Shown: piece after piece, positions 42,631 through 51,930 of the stretch | How the letters are laid out: every line of letters starts with the position of its first letter | Position numbering within the stretch: the first letter of the stretch is position 1 | Program-made: the position numbers and the translations under genes | Assembly (NCBI GenBank): GCA_040391605.1 | Contig: JBEBXK010000008.1 | Span: 46,635 to 110,634, forward strand | DNA: 64,000 nt | From: Vulgatibacter incomptus | GTDB taxonomy: Bacteria; Myxococcota; Myxococcia; Myxococcales; Vulgatibacteraceae | Direction of reading: 5' to 3' | Notes under the pieces: model-generated | Seen by the model: only the letters and a program-made list of their open reading frames with translations | Database searches by the model: none | Told to the model about the DNA's origin: nothing

Positions 42631-45408
42631 ATGAGAAATTACGAGAAGTTCGAGTGGATGTCTGATGCGACGCTTGGGCGAATTCCCACCGGCGTTGCGA
42701 GTCTCCTGGCGAGCGTAACGATGGCGTTTTCGCTCCTCGCCCCCGCTCCGGCGAACGCGGCCTACTACACGGTGATCCAGGATACGGTCCCGTTCCAGGC
42801 GATGCCGCTCCCGGGCGGTGGTTCAGTCACCACCCAGAGCATGCAGGGATGGGGATATTCGCCCAAGGAGGTGAGCGTCACCCTTCCGTTCCCCGTGCTC
42901 TTCTACGGGCAGCTCTATACGCAGGTGAACGTCCTCGGCATCGGGATGGTGACCTTCGGCTCCACCTACAGTACGACACCCGCTTCGAACGGCCGGCGCG
43001 CGATCCCCGGAGCGGCCGCTCCTCATAACTTCGTCGCGGTCTGGTGGGACGAAGCGGTCTGCAGCAACTCTCCCGGCGGCCCCTTGAATACGCAGCAGGT
43101 CGGGGATCAGTTCGTGATCCAGTGGACCAACTGCCGCAAGTATGCAGGCACGGGGGAGTTCACCGCACAGCTCTGGCTCACGAAGAACTCGGACGAGATC
43201 ATCGTACACTACGGGCCTATCACCGGGACGTGGACTGGGGCGATGGGGGTCGAGAACATCGATGGGTCCGACGGCACGGCGGGGCCTTCGGCCACCGGAA
43301 CGGTCTGCAATCCATCTTGCTCCACGGCGCAGTTTCCCTCGGGCAAGCGGATCACCTACAGCGGTGGTCCGAACCTCGTGGTGGAGGCGGTGAACGGGGA
43401 GGGCGTGGGATACGCGGGCATCTCCATGCCGGTGAGCGCAAGGGTGAGGAACGTGGGAGGCAAGGCGGCCCTCGGCTTTACGGCCCGTGTCCTGGTGAAC
43501 GATCAGCCGACCCTCACGTCATCGGCACGGGAGCTCGCCGTGGCCCCTGGCAGCTTTGACGCCAATCCTGGCGAGGTGATCGACTTCGACTTCTTCGCAA
43601 GACTCCCGATCGATCTGGAGCCCGGCTCCTACTACATCCTCGTGGAGGCAGATCCCTTCGAGAACGTGCCGCAATCCAACCGCACGTCGATGGTCGGAGC
43701 GTTCGGCCCCTTCACCATCGGTATCGGAGCGCCGAACCTCGCGGTCCCGAGGGTGGAGGTCCTGGCACCGGAGGTGATCCGCCCGGGGGGCACCTTCAGT
43801 CTCGGCTGGACCGCCGCCAATACGGGCAACGACGACGCGATGTCGGCGCCGTATTCCATCGTTCTCTCCACCCACGACCTCCCGGGTCCCTCCAGCCGGG
43901 TCCTGCATCGGGGCGTGATCGATTCGCTGCCGCTGCTCTCTGAAGAGGACGTGGTCGAAGAGGTCCTGATGCCGGAGGACGTGGAGACCGGCTACTACCG
44001 AATCGGCGTGATCTTCGATCCGGATCAGCAGCTCTTCGAGCACGAGCGGACCAATAACGTGGGCGTCTCCGCCCCGGTGATCGTCGCCACGGAGACCCTC
44101 TCCGTGCTCACCAACACCCTCCCGTCCGCGGAGGTCGGCTCTCCGTATTGCACGCGCCTGGATGCCACCGGCGGAGACGCGATCTACGCCTGGTCCGTGA
44201 CGGCGGGCAGCCTGGCCCCGGGACTCTCGCTGGTCGAGAGCCCGGCTGGCGCCAGGGAAGCGGGCCGGCCGTTCAGGACGATGGTCTGCGGCACCCCTGG
44301 AATCCCAGGGAGCTTCGACTTCGAGGTCGAGGTGAAGTCCAACGGCGACCGCGCCGAGCGGAGCTTCACCCTGGACGTGGAGATCTCGCAGCTGCCGCCC
44401 CAGATCGCCTCCCTCGTCCTGCCGATCTTCCCCTTCGATCGGCAGAGCGAGGTGGGGCTCCGGGCGATCGGGGGTACGACGCCGTACAGCTGGAAGCTCG
44501 TCGCCGGCACCCTCCCGGTCGGGATGAACCTCGGCGACGACGGTGTGATCCATGGAGCGGCTCGGGAGAGCGGGACCTTCCCGATCACCCTGCGGATCAC
44601 GGATGCCAGAGGACTGACGGACGAGCAGCCCACCGAGGTGCGGGTGGCGGCCCCCGGGGGCCTCGCCTGCATGACCAATTCCCTGCCCAACCACGTGTTG
44701 AACGAGGAGTTCGACGGGAAGCTGGTCGGTGCCGGAGGCTCCGGGGTCTATCGATGGCAGAGCATCAGCACCAAGCGCCTCGCCAGCGGTCCGGGGGATT
44801 CGTCTCAGGAGTTGGGAGCGGTGTCGCCTCCCGGCCTGCACCTGAACGCGTTGGGGGAGATCAGCGGTGTGGCCGGCCAGGCAGGCTTCTTTCAGTGGAC
44901 GGTGGAGCTCAGCAACATCAGCCGGGATGAGAGCGCGCCGAGGCTGACGCCGATCAAATGCGAGGTGACCCTGGAGATCGCGGCGGATCATGGGCTGACG
45001 GTGACGACGACCCAGCTGCCGGCTGCTGCGGTGGAGAGCTTTTACACGTCGCAGCTCAGCGCCAGCGGCGGCGAAGGTGCGCTGAGCTGGACGCTATCTT
45101 CGCGCACCCAGCTCCCTGCCGGACTCTCGCTCTCTTCGGACGGCTTGATCGAGGGTGCGCCGACCGTGGCGCAGCTCGACGGCGAGCTCTCGCGGCTCTT
45201 CTCGTTCATGGTGGAGGTGCGGGACGGGTCGAACCGACGAGGGTGGGCGCCGCTCTCGCTCCTGGTGGACAGCCAGCCGCCGGCGCCGGCCCCCAAGGAG
45301 CGGCGGAGCGAATCCGGCTGCTCTGCCGGTCTGGGCGATCCCAGCCTCCTGCTCCTCGCGGCGGGCTCGGGTCTCGCGCTTCTGCGTAGGCGGCGGACCC
45401 GCCGGTAG
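42631..45408 (+). CDS. Cell-surface protein with CARDB-like and putative Ig (He_PIG) repeats and MYXO-CTERM-like sorting signal
   Basis: Signal peptide ending ANA. CARDB-like blocks (VRNVG...PGSYYILVEADP; TAANTG...GYYRIGVIFDP..E.ERTNN). Repeated LP.A.V.....L.A.GG...Y.W....G.LP.G Ig units. C-terminus SGCSAG-hydrophobic-RRRRTRR. Confidence 0.85.
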   Translation: MRNYEKFEWMSDATLGRIPTGVASLLASVTMAFSLLAPAPANAAYYTVIQDTVPFQAMPLPGGGSVTTQSMQGWGYSPKEVSVTLPFPVLFYGQLYTQVNVLGIGMVTFGSTYSTTPASNGRRAIPGAAAPHNFVAVWWDEAVCSNSPGGPLNTQQVGDQFVIQWTNCRKYAGTGEFTAQLWLTKNSDEIIVHYGPITGTWTGAMGVENIDGSDGTAGPSATGTVCNPSCSTAQFPSGKRITYSGGPNLVVEAVNGEGVGYAGISMPVSARVRNVGGKAALGFTARVLVNDQPTLTSSARELAVAPGSFDANPGEVIDFDFFARLPIDLEPGSYYILVEADPFENVPQSNRTSMVGAFGPFTIGIGAPNLAVPRVEVLAPEVIRPGGTFSLGWTAANTGNDDAMSAPYSIVLSTHDLPGPSSRVLHRGVIDSLPLLSEEDVVEEVLMPEDVETGYYRIGVIFDPDQQLFEHERTNNVGVSAPVIVATETLSVLTNTLPSAEVGSPYCTRLDATGGDAIYAWSVTAGSLAPGLSLVESPAGAREAGRPFRTMVCGTPGIPGSFDFEVEVKSNGDRAERSFTLDVEISQLPPQIASLVLPIFPFDRQSEVGLRAIGGTTPYSWKLVAGTLPVGMNLGDDGVIHGAARESGTFPITLRITDARGLTDEQPTEVRVAAPGGLACMTNSLPNHVLNEEFDGKLVGAGGSGVYRWQSISTKRLASGPGDSSQELGAVSPPGLHLNALGEISGVAGQAGFFQWTVELSNISRDESAPRLTPIKCEVTLEIAADHGLTVTTTQLPAAAVESFYTSQLSASGGEGALSWTLSSRTQLPAGLSLSSDGLIEGAPTVAQLDGELSRLFSFMVEVRDGSNRRGWAPLSLLVDSQPPAPAPKERRSESGCSAGLGDPSLLLLAAGSGLALLRRRRTRR

Positions 45409-45416
45409 CCTGCGCG

Positions 45417-45572
45417 GAGCCTGTAGAGGAATCGCTCTCACCCCAGGTGGGGGCGATTCTTCACGCGCCCGGTGCGCCAGGGCTCTTTCGCCTCCCGCTC
45501 GTAGAGCCTGTGAGAACGCGATCTCATTCTGGGTGGGACGGATTTTTACCCGTGCGGTGCGCAGGGACGGAG
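45417..45572 (+). repeat. Two tandem copies of MITE/REP-like family 1 between convergent genes
   Basis: GAGCCTGTAGAGGAATCGC...GCGATTCTTCACGCGC...AGGGCTCTTTCGCCTCCCGCTCG, then AGAGCCTGTGAGAA...GATTTTTACCCGTGCGGTGCGC. Confidence 0.65.
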
Positions 45573-45647
45573 GACTGCACACGTGGAACGCTCGTAGGGG
45601 CAGGGACTCCGCCTGGCTGCGGTCAGTAGGATGCGGAGGCGTGTTTC

Positions 45648-46655
45648 TCAGTACACGTTGTATTTGCGGCGTAACGCCTCATGCTCCGTGCCGTTTCGCG
45701 ACGGGCGCAGGATCTTGTCGGCGTCGTGGAGGTAGTACCAGTAGGGGCTCTCGACGGGGCGTAGGGCGGCGAGGAGGGAGTCGACGGTGGGGGCCCCGAT
45801 GGGCCCCGGCGGCAGGCCTACCTTGGTGCGGGTATTCCACGGGTCGCTGGGATCCCGAAGCTTGGCCAGGAAGGCCCGCCTGTCGTTCCACTCCGGGAGC
45901 AGGTAGCGGCTGGTGGCGTCCACGCCCAGCGGCTGCTTGCGGTCGATCCGCTTCCAGAGGATCCCGGCCACCAGCCCGCGCTGTGTCGGGAGCGGCTCCT
46001 CTCGCTCCAGGAGCGAGGCCATGATCACCAGCTCCCGCAGGCTGCGGCCACCTGCTTCGATCTCCGCCCGATGGGGGATCCAGAAGCGGGCGGCGAAGGT
46101 GTCGAGCTGCCGCTGGATCAGCTCGTCCAGATCGAGGGAGTCGGGGACGATGGCGTAGGTCTCCGGGTAGAGGTAGCCCTCCAGCGAAGCCTGCGGCAGC
46201 GGAAACGGCGCGCGAAAGCGAGAGGGGTCGCTAGCGGCGGCGAGATAGGCCCCGGGCCGGATCCAGCCCTTGGCCACCAGCGCGGCGTCGGTGTCTCGCA
46301 GGCGCCAGCCCTCGATCATCACGAAGGGCTCGTCCTCCGGCAGAGGCGGCCCCTCCAGGGCGCTGGCGATGGCGGCGAGGCTCATGTCGCGGCGGAGGGC
46401 GTGGCGGCCGGCCTTGGCGTTGAGGCCGCCGCGGCGCCAGAGGTGGTAGCGCCAGAGCCTGGCGTCGGCGATAAGGCCCTCCCGCTTCAGCAGCGCCCCC
46501 ACCCCCTGTCCCGACGCCCCCTTGGGGACGGTGATCTCATGGACGGCGGCGGCGTCGGTGGCGACGGCGGTCGCGGCTTGCCCTTCGAGCCAGAGGAAGG
46601 CCCCGCCAGCGGCGAGGACGGTGGCCACGAAGGCCCACATCAGGATCTTTTTCAT
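45648..46655 (-). CDS. mltG: Endolytic transglycosylase MltG
   Basis: N-terminal TM anchor, LEGYLYPETY, ASLLERE (catalytic Glu), PWNT...GLPPGPI and YWYYLH. Confidence 0.93.
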   Translation of the reverse strand: MKKILMWAFVATVLAAGGAFLWLEGQAATAVATDAAAVHEITVPKGASGQGVGALLKREGLIADARLWRYHLWRRGGLNAKAGRHALRRDMSLAAIASALEGPPLPEDEPFVMIEGWRLRDTDAALVAKGWIRPGAYLAAASDPSRFRAPFPLPQASLEGYLYPETYAIVPDSLDLDELIQRQLDTFAARFWIPHRAEIEAGGRSLRELVIMASLLEREEPLPTQRGLVAGILWKRIDRKQPLGVDATSRYLLPEWNDRRAFLAKLRDPSDPWNTRTKVGLPPGPIGAPTVDSLLAALRPVESPYWYYLHDADKILRPSRNGTEHEALRRKYNVY

Positions 46656-46930
46656 TTGGCGCGGGAGCCTACCAAAAGGATTCGCGGATCGCTCGACCGT
46701 GGCATCGAGGGCCCTGCATGCAAGGGCGCCGGACGTCAGGCGGGCGCGATTACGGCCAAGGCGTCGAGGAGGGCCTGGCGGGTGTCTGGGGGCCGGGCGG
46801 AGGCAAGGAGAGGGCGGAGATCGGCGAAAGAAGCCCCCGCGATCGCTTGCGGGCGGGGGCCATGCATAGATTCGCCCGGTCATCTACCAGGCGAGCGCCT
46901 TTGCGGGGGCCGGCCGGGGGGAGTTGCGGA

Positions 46931-47509
46931 ATGCGGGCGTTGATCTCCGGAACGGGCATCGTCGTCCTCCGCCGCCGGTCGCTACGACCGGCCGCCACGC
47001 TCTGCTTCGCCGTCTTCCTCGCCTCGCTTCCGTCGCCCGCATCCGCGGAGGTGGTGATCGCCCTCGACGCCAACGCGATCATCGGCCTTCGACCGTCCAA
47101 CGATCACACCACCGGCTTCAGCGTCGACCCCCGGATCGGATATCAATTCGAGCTGGCGGGCGGACTCAAGCTGACACCTGAAGTGATGGGGAGCTTCGCG
47201 CGGTTCGGGAAGCCCGATCGGATCTCCCTGGCCCCACCCGACCACACCGCATTCCGCGCGCTGGGCGGCGTCCGCCTCGCCTTCGGCAGGCTCTTCGAGC
47301 CCGGGATCTACGCGCATGGAGGCCTCGGCCGGCGGGATCTCGGCGATCGCAACGAGCTCGGGGCCGCCTTCGACGCGGGGCTGTCGCTTGACTACACCGG
47401 GATCCGTCACATAACCCTTGGTATCCAGGCTGGTTACAACGCCATCGCCCTCGACGGGCTCTTCGATTGGATCGGCCTGGGGATCCACGCCGGCCTCATC
47501 TTCTGGTAG
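46931..47509 (+). CDS. Small outer-membrane beta-barrel protein (OmpA-like TM domain)
   Basis: Signal ending ASA, about 8 amphipathic strands (RIGYQF, GGVRLAFG, GIYAHGGLG, GLSLDY, GIQAGYN), C-terminal LIFW. Confidence 0.75.
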   Translation: MRALISGTGIVVLRRRSLRPAATLCFAVFLASLPSPASAEVVIALDANAIIGLRPSNDHTTGFSVDPRIGYQFELAGGLKLTPEVMGSFARFGKPDRISLAPPDHTAFRALGGVRLAFGRLFEPGIYAHGGLGRRDLGDRNELGAAFDAGLSLDYTGIRHITLGIQAGYNAIALDGLFDWIGLGIHAGLIFW

Positions 47510-47572
47510 CGAGCGAGCAGGCGGCGATCATCGGGTTCGCGTCAGGCAGGCCGGGGCGATAAGATCGTCATC

Positions 47573-48133
47573 ATGTCGATCTCGCGAAGGACGCTGGTCC
47601 GGTATGGAGTGGGCGGCGCCCTGGTGCTGGCCGCCGGAGGCACGGGGCTGGCGCTGCAGCGCACCACGAGTCGGGCGCCGTCCAGGCCGCTGCGAGCGCT
47701 TGATTCCCGCTCGTTCTCGATCCTCGTGGCGGTGGCGGATCGGATCATCCCGGTGGGCGGCGGCTTTCCGGCTGCGTCGGAGTTGCAGGTCGCCGAGGCG
47801 ATCGACGAGCTGCTGGCCCGCTCGCATCCTGCGGTGGCTGCCGAGGTGAGTCAGGTCCTCGCCCTCCTGGAGAACGGCCTGGCGGGGCTGCTCTTCGACG
47901 GCCGGCCCCGCACCTTCACCTCCCTGGAGCCGGCGGAGCAGGACGCGGCCCTTCAGGCTTGGCAGGGCAGCTCCCTGGCGATCCGACGCACGGCGTACAA
48001 GGCGCTGCACGGACTCTGCGCCGCGGTCTACTACGCCTCGCCGTCGATCGATGGGCTGGTGGGCTATCCGGGGCCGCCCGACTACGGGAACCTGGCCGCT
48101 CCGGCCCCGAGGGTGGAGAGCGCGGGACCATGA
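47573..48133 (+). CDS. Gluconate 2-dehydrogenase subunit 3 family protein (Tat signal)
   Basis: SRRTLV Tat motif, VADRIIP, FTSLEPAEQDAAL and VGYPGP. Translationally coupled (ATGA overlap) to the GMC gene. Confidence 0.8.
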   Translation: MSISRRTLVRYGVGGALVLAAGGTGLALQRTTSRAPSRPLRALDSRSFSILVAVADRIIPVGGGFPAASELQVAEAIDELLARSHPAVAAEVSQVLALLENGLAGLLFDGRPRTFTSLEPAEQDAALQAWQGSSLAIRRTAYKALHGLCAAVYYASPSIDGLVGYPGPPDYGNLAAPAPRVESAGP

Positions 48134-49671
48134 AGGGCGCCGTCATCCGGACGGATGAGCTGACGAGAGACGAGGAGGTGCGCTGCGACGTCTGCGTCAT
48201 CGGCTCCGGGGCCGGCGGCGCCGTGCTCGCCGCGGGGCTGGCCGAGCGCGGCCTGCGGGTGGTGATGTTGGAAGAAGGGGGCCATCACACCAAGAGTGAG
48301 TTCGACATGCGGGAGGGGACGGCCTATCCGATGCTCTACCAGGAGCGCGGCATGCGGGCGACGGCAGATCTCGCGATCACGATCCTCCAGGGCCGCTCGG
48401 TGGGGGGCTCCACGACCATCAACTGGACCACCTGCTTTCGCACGCCGGACTCGATCTTCGAACATTGGCGGCGGGTCCACGGCGTCGAGGGTCTGGATGC
48501 CGCCTCGCTCACCCCGCACTTCGAAGCGGTGGAGGAGCGCCTCTCGATCCACGAGTGGCCGCTGGCCTTGGCCAACGCCAACAACCGCGTGCTCTGGGAT
48601 GGCTGCGAGAAGTTGGGCTGGGAGGCGGCCCCTCTGCGGCGCAACGTGAAGAGCTGTGTAAACAGCGGATACTGCGGCATGGGCTGCCCCATCGACGCCA
48701 AGCAGTCCACCCTGGTGACCTACGTCCCCGACGCCCTCGAGGCAGGGCTCCAGCTCTACGTGCATTGCCGGGCGGAGCGGCTGGAGGTCGCCGGGGCTCG
48801 GGTCCTGGCGATCCACGCCGTGGCCCTGGATCCGATCAGCGATCGGCCGACGGGGCGGCGGCTGATCATCCGACCGAAGGTGGCGGTCTCCAGCGCCGGC
48901 GCCATCAACGGCCCGGCGCTCCTCCTCCGCTCCGGACTCGACGCCAACGGCAGGGTGGGCCGGCGCACCTTCCTCCACCCCGTCGTGGCCATGGCGGCCT
49001 TCTTCGACGAGCCGGTGCGCGCGTTCTACGGCGCGCCACAGTCGGTGGGCTCCCACCACTTCGCCTCTCGCGGCGCCAACAAGATCGGCTTCTTCTTGGA
49101 GACGCCGCCCATCCATCCGATGCTCGCCGCCACCGCCTTCGGCGGCTTCGGTCGCACGCAGCAGGACTTCCTCCGGAGGCTGCCGTACCTCGGCGTGCTC
49201 ATCGCGCTGTCGATCGACGGCCTGCTGCCGGGGGACGAGGGCGGGCGGGTCTCGCTGCGGCGGGATGGGCGAATCCGGGTGGATTATCCCGTGGGCGAGT
49301 CCCTGGTCGAGTCGTTCCGCGCCTCGAGCCTCGCGATGGCCAGGATCCAGCTCGCCGCCGGCGCCAAGGAGGTGAGCTCCCTCCATCCTGAGCCGGTGAT
49401 CTTGCGCTCGGAGGCCGATCTCCCGCGGCTGGAGGCAGCCCCCTTCGGCTCGTTGCAACACCCGATCTTCACCGCCCATCAGATGGGTGGCTGCGCGATG
49501 GGATCCGATCCCGCCACCAGCGTCGTCGACTCCACCTTGCGGCATCATCAGATCCACAACCTCTTCGTCGTCGACGGCTCGGTCTTCCCCACTTCGCTCG
49601 GCGTGAACCCCAGTGAGACCATCTACGCCCTGGCCCATTGGGCGCGGGATCGAGTCGCCGCCGCCGTCTGA
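48130..49671 (+). CDS. GMC family oxidoreductase
   Basis: VIGSGAGG, VMLEEG, GRSVGGSTTIN, CVNSGYCGMGC, AHQMGGCAMG and LFVVDGSVFPTSLGVNP. Confidence 0.93.
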   Translation: MKGAVIRTDELTRDEEVRCDVCVIGSGAGGAVLAAGLAERGLRVVMLEEGGHHTKSEFDMREGTAYPMLYQERGMRATADLAITILQGRSVGGSTTINWTTCFRTPDSIFEHWRRVHGVEGLDAASLTPHFEAVEERLSIHEWPLALANANNRVLWDGCEKLGWEAAPLRRNVKSCVNSGYCGMGCPIDAKQSTLVTYVPDALEAGLQLYVHCRAERLEVAGARVLAIHAVALDPISDRPTGRRLIIRPKVAVSSAGAINGPALLLRSGLDANGRVGRRTFLHPVVAMAAFFDEPVRAFYGAPQSVGSHHFASRGANKIGFFLETPPIHPMLAATAFGGFGRTQQDFLRRLPYLGVLIALSIDGLLPGDEGGRVSLRRDGRIRVDYPVGESLVESFRASSLAMARIQLAAGAKEVSSLHPEPVILRSEADLPRLEAAPFGSLQHPIFTAHQMGGCAMGSDPATSVVDSTLRHHQIHNLFVVDGSVFPTSLGVNPSETIYALAHWARDRVAAAV

Positions 49672-49795
49672 GTTCGTGAAGAGTCGAACGCTGCGATCGA
49701 ACGCAGAATGAGCCCGCCGGGTGTCGCCACCTGCTGGCTGCAGCCGCCATGGCTCGGTGAGCGTGCAGCGAGTGGACGATCGGGGAAGGCTCTCG
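49669..49795 (-). repeat. Highly degenerate copy of MITE/REP-like family 1 between convergent genes
   Basis: TGA-GTTCGTGAA directly at the GMC stop codon (compare 60594). GGCTCTC near the far end. Internal match is weak. Confidence 0.3.
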
Positions 49796-49801
49796 CTGCG
49801 T

Positions 49802-50803
49802 TCAGCTCGTTCTTCGGGCGGGAGCGTTCCAGCTGAGGACGATCTTGCCGAAGGTCGCGTTGCTCTCGAGGAGGCGATGGGCCTCGGCGATCTCCTCCAT
49901 CGGCCATACGGCATCGATCAGGGGGCGTAGCTCGCCGGTGGCGAATTGCGGTGAGACCTCCCGGGCGAAGCGCTGCGCGAGGAGGATCTTTTCCTCCAGC
50001 GGGCGGCTGCGGAGCACCGTGCCGATCAGGGTCGCCCGCTTGGCCAGGAGCATCCCCAGGGGGAGCTCGGCCTGGGCGCCGCCCAGCAGCCCTACGACGA
50101 CGACGCGGCCCCGGCCCGCCAAGGCCCGGAGGTTCTCGGCTGCGTACGAGCCGCCCACCAGATCGAGGATCACATCGGCGCCACGCCCCATCGTCGCCGC
50201 GCGGGTGGCCTCGGCGAAGGCGCCGGCCTCCGCGACGATCCCCTCGTCCAGGCCGAGGCCGCGAGCCCGCTCCAGCTTCTCCGGCGTGCGGGAGGTCCCC
50301 AGGACCCTGCAGCCGGCGGCCTTGGCGAGCTGCACCGCCGCGGTGCCGACGCCGCTGCCCACGGCGTGGATCAGCAGGTCCTCGAAGGGCCGAAGGCCCG
50401 CCTGCACGAAGAGGGCGTCGAAGGCCGTGTAGAAGACCTCCGGGATGGCCGCTGCCTGCTCGAGGTCGAGCCCGTCGGGCACCGGGATGGCCTCGCGCTC
50501 GTGGAGTAGCAGGTGGGTCGCCATCGCGCCCCCGCCGACGATCCCCATCACCCGATCCCCGGGGCGATGGGAGAGGACCCCTTCGCCCACCGCCTCGACC
50601 ACGCCGGCGAACTCTAGGCCGGGTACCTCCTGCGGCGCCCCCGGCGGCGCGGGATAGAGCCCCTTGCGCTGGAGGAGATCCGCCCGGTTCAGACCGGCGG
50701 CCGCCACCGCCACCCGGATCTCGAAGGCTCCTGGATCGCGGATCGGAAGCGGATCGATCCGCAGTTCGGCGTCGACGATTCGTACGGCACGGGCGAGGGG
50801 CAT
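49802..50803 (-). CDS. NAD(P)H-quinone oxidoreductase, PIG3 family (zinc-independent MDR)
   Basis: AAGLNRADLLQRKGLYP, PGLEFAG, IHAVGSGVG, DVILDLVG and GKIVL. Confidence 0.93.
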   Translation of the reverse strand: MPLARAVRIVDAELRIDPLPIRDPGAFEIRVAVAAAGLNRADLLQRKGLYPAPPGAPQEVPGLEFAGVVEAVGEGVLSHRPGDRVMGIVGGGAMATHLLLHEREAIPVPDGLDLEQAAAIPEVFYTAFDALFVQAGLRPFEDLLIHAVGSGVGTAAVQLAKAAGCRVLGTSRTPEKLERARGLGLDEGIVAEAGAFAEATRAATMGRGADVILDLVGGSYAAENLRALAGRGRVVVVGLLGGAQAELPLGMLLAKRATLIGTVLRSRPLEEKILLAQRFAREVSPQFATGELRPLIDAVWPMEEIAEAHRLLESNATFGKIVLSWNAPARRTS

Positions 50804-50869
50804 GATCGAAAGCTACCATCTGCGGGTCCGTCTCCGATCGCTCGGAAACGACCCCTCTGGATTGTCAGG

Positions 50870-50978
50870 TCAGAGCCTGTGAAAAAACCGCCATCATCGA
50901 GGCGGAGGGGCGGTTTTCTCACGCGCGCTTCGCGCTATGGCGCTGCCTGTGGGCAAGTAAGCCACTTACGCACCATCA
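50870..50978 (+). repeat. Copy of MITE/REP-like family 1 flanked by TCA...TCA
   Basis: TCA-GAGCCTGTGAAAAAACCGCC...GGCGGTTTTCTCACGCGCGCTTCGCGC. Right hairpin GTAAG/CTTAC, ending at the TCA stop of the DCC gene. Confidence 0.6.
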
Positions 50979-51434
50979 GTGGATCCAGGGGTGGGGCGGC
51001 AAAGCGGACGGCATCTGCTCGGCCAGGTGCCGGCGGCGGATCTCCTCGATGGTCTGGCGATCCAAGGGGGATGGTGGGTCTTCCCCGAGATCGGCGCGGT
51101 AGTGACCGAGGGAGCCGCGGTGGCGGGAGACGAAGTGGTAGATCGCGTCGGCGAGCTGCTGCAGGCCGGGCAGGAGGTAGAGCGCGCGGAAGAGCGGGAG
51201 GCCCCAGGGCAGGAGCTCGTCGAAGGTGGCGGCTAGGGTGCCGCCGGCGTGGAAGAGCTGGCCGCCCGGCGTGAGGAGGAGCGATGAGCGCTCGGCGTCC
51301 TCTGCCGCGATCCCCGCGACCTGCAGCAGCCGGGGCGTCTGGGAGGGCACGAAGTAGAGCGTGTCCCGCCAGTCGATGGAGCGCAGGACGCGGACGGTGG
51401 CGGAGCAGAAGCCGCAGCGGCCGTCGTAGATCAC
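50976..51434 (-). CDS. DCC1-like thiol-disulfide oxidoreductase (DUF393)
   Basis: IYDGRCGFC (DxxCxxC). The true start may lie a few codons upstream (non-canonical). Confidence 0.85.
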   Translation of the reverse strand: MIYDGRCGFCSATVRVLRSIDWRDTLYFVPSQTPRLLQVAGIAAEDAERSSLLLTPGGQLFHAGGTLAATFDELLPWGLPLFRALYLLPGLQQLADAIYHFVSRHRGSLGHYRADLGEDPPSPLDRQTIEEIRRRHLAEQMPSALPPHPWIH

Positions 51435-51555
51435 CAGGCACTGGTCTGGGCGGAGCGTGATCGTCTCCTCTCGGATCGCCTTCCCTTCCGGAAAGATAGA
51501 TCCGCCGCGGCCCCGATGGCTCGGAGCAGGCGAGCGACCCGTGCGATCGAGAGCC

Positions 51556-51930
51556 TCAGCTCTCCTTTGGGCGGACGATCCGTTTGCCGATCACGCGGAC
51601 CCCCTCCGCCCGCAGCAGCTTCGCCTGCTCTCCCGCCACGGCGTCTGCGAGCGTGTGGTCTGCACGCGCTACCCGCCACCAGGGCAGCCCCTTCGAATGG
51701 GCCAGGGCGTGGGCCACGGCTCGTGCGGCCCTGGGGCTCCCCGCCCGCCTGGCCACATCGCCATAGGAGAGGACGATGCCGCGGGGGATGCCACGGACCA
51801 CCTCTGCCACCGCATCCGTGAAGGACTCGTCGTCGTGGATGGCGGGCAAGATTCCCTTTGCTGGTGCTCCCGGCGGGGGAGATACCTTGCGCTTGCTCGC
51901 CTGCGACTCGCGATGGCGCGGCGGGCTCAC
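51556..51930 (-). CDS. Alkyltransferase-like (ATL/MGMT family) DNA-binding protein
   Basis: IPRGIVLSYGDVA, ARAVAHAL, PWWRV (Trp in place of the catalytic Cys of PCHRV) and LLRAEGV. Confidence 0.85.
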   Translation of the reverse strand: MSPPRHRESQASKRKVSPPPGAPAKGILPAIHDDESFTDAVAEVVRGIPRGIVLSYGDVARRAGSPRAARAVAHALAHSKGLPWWRVARADHTLADAVAGEQAKLLRAEGVRVIGKRIVRPKES

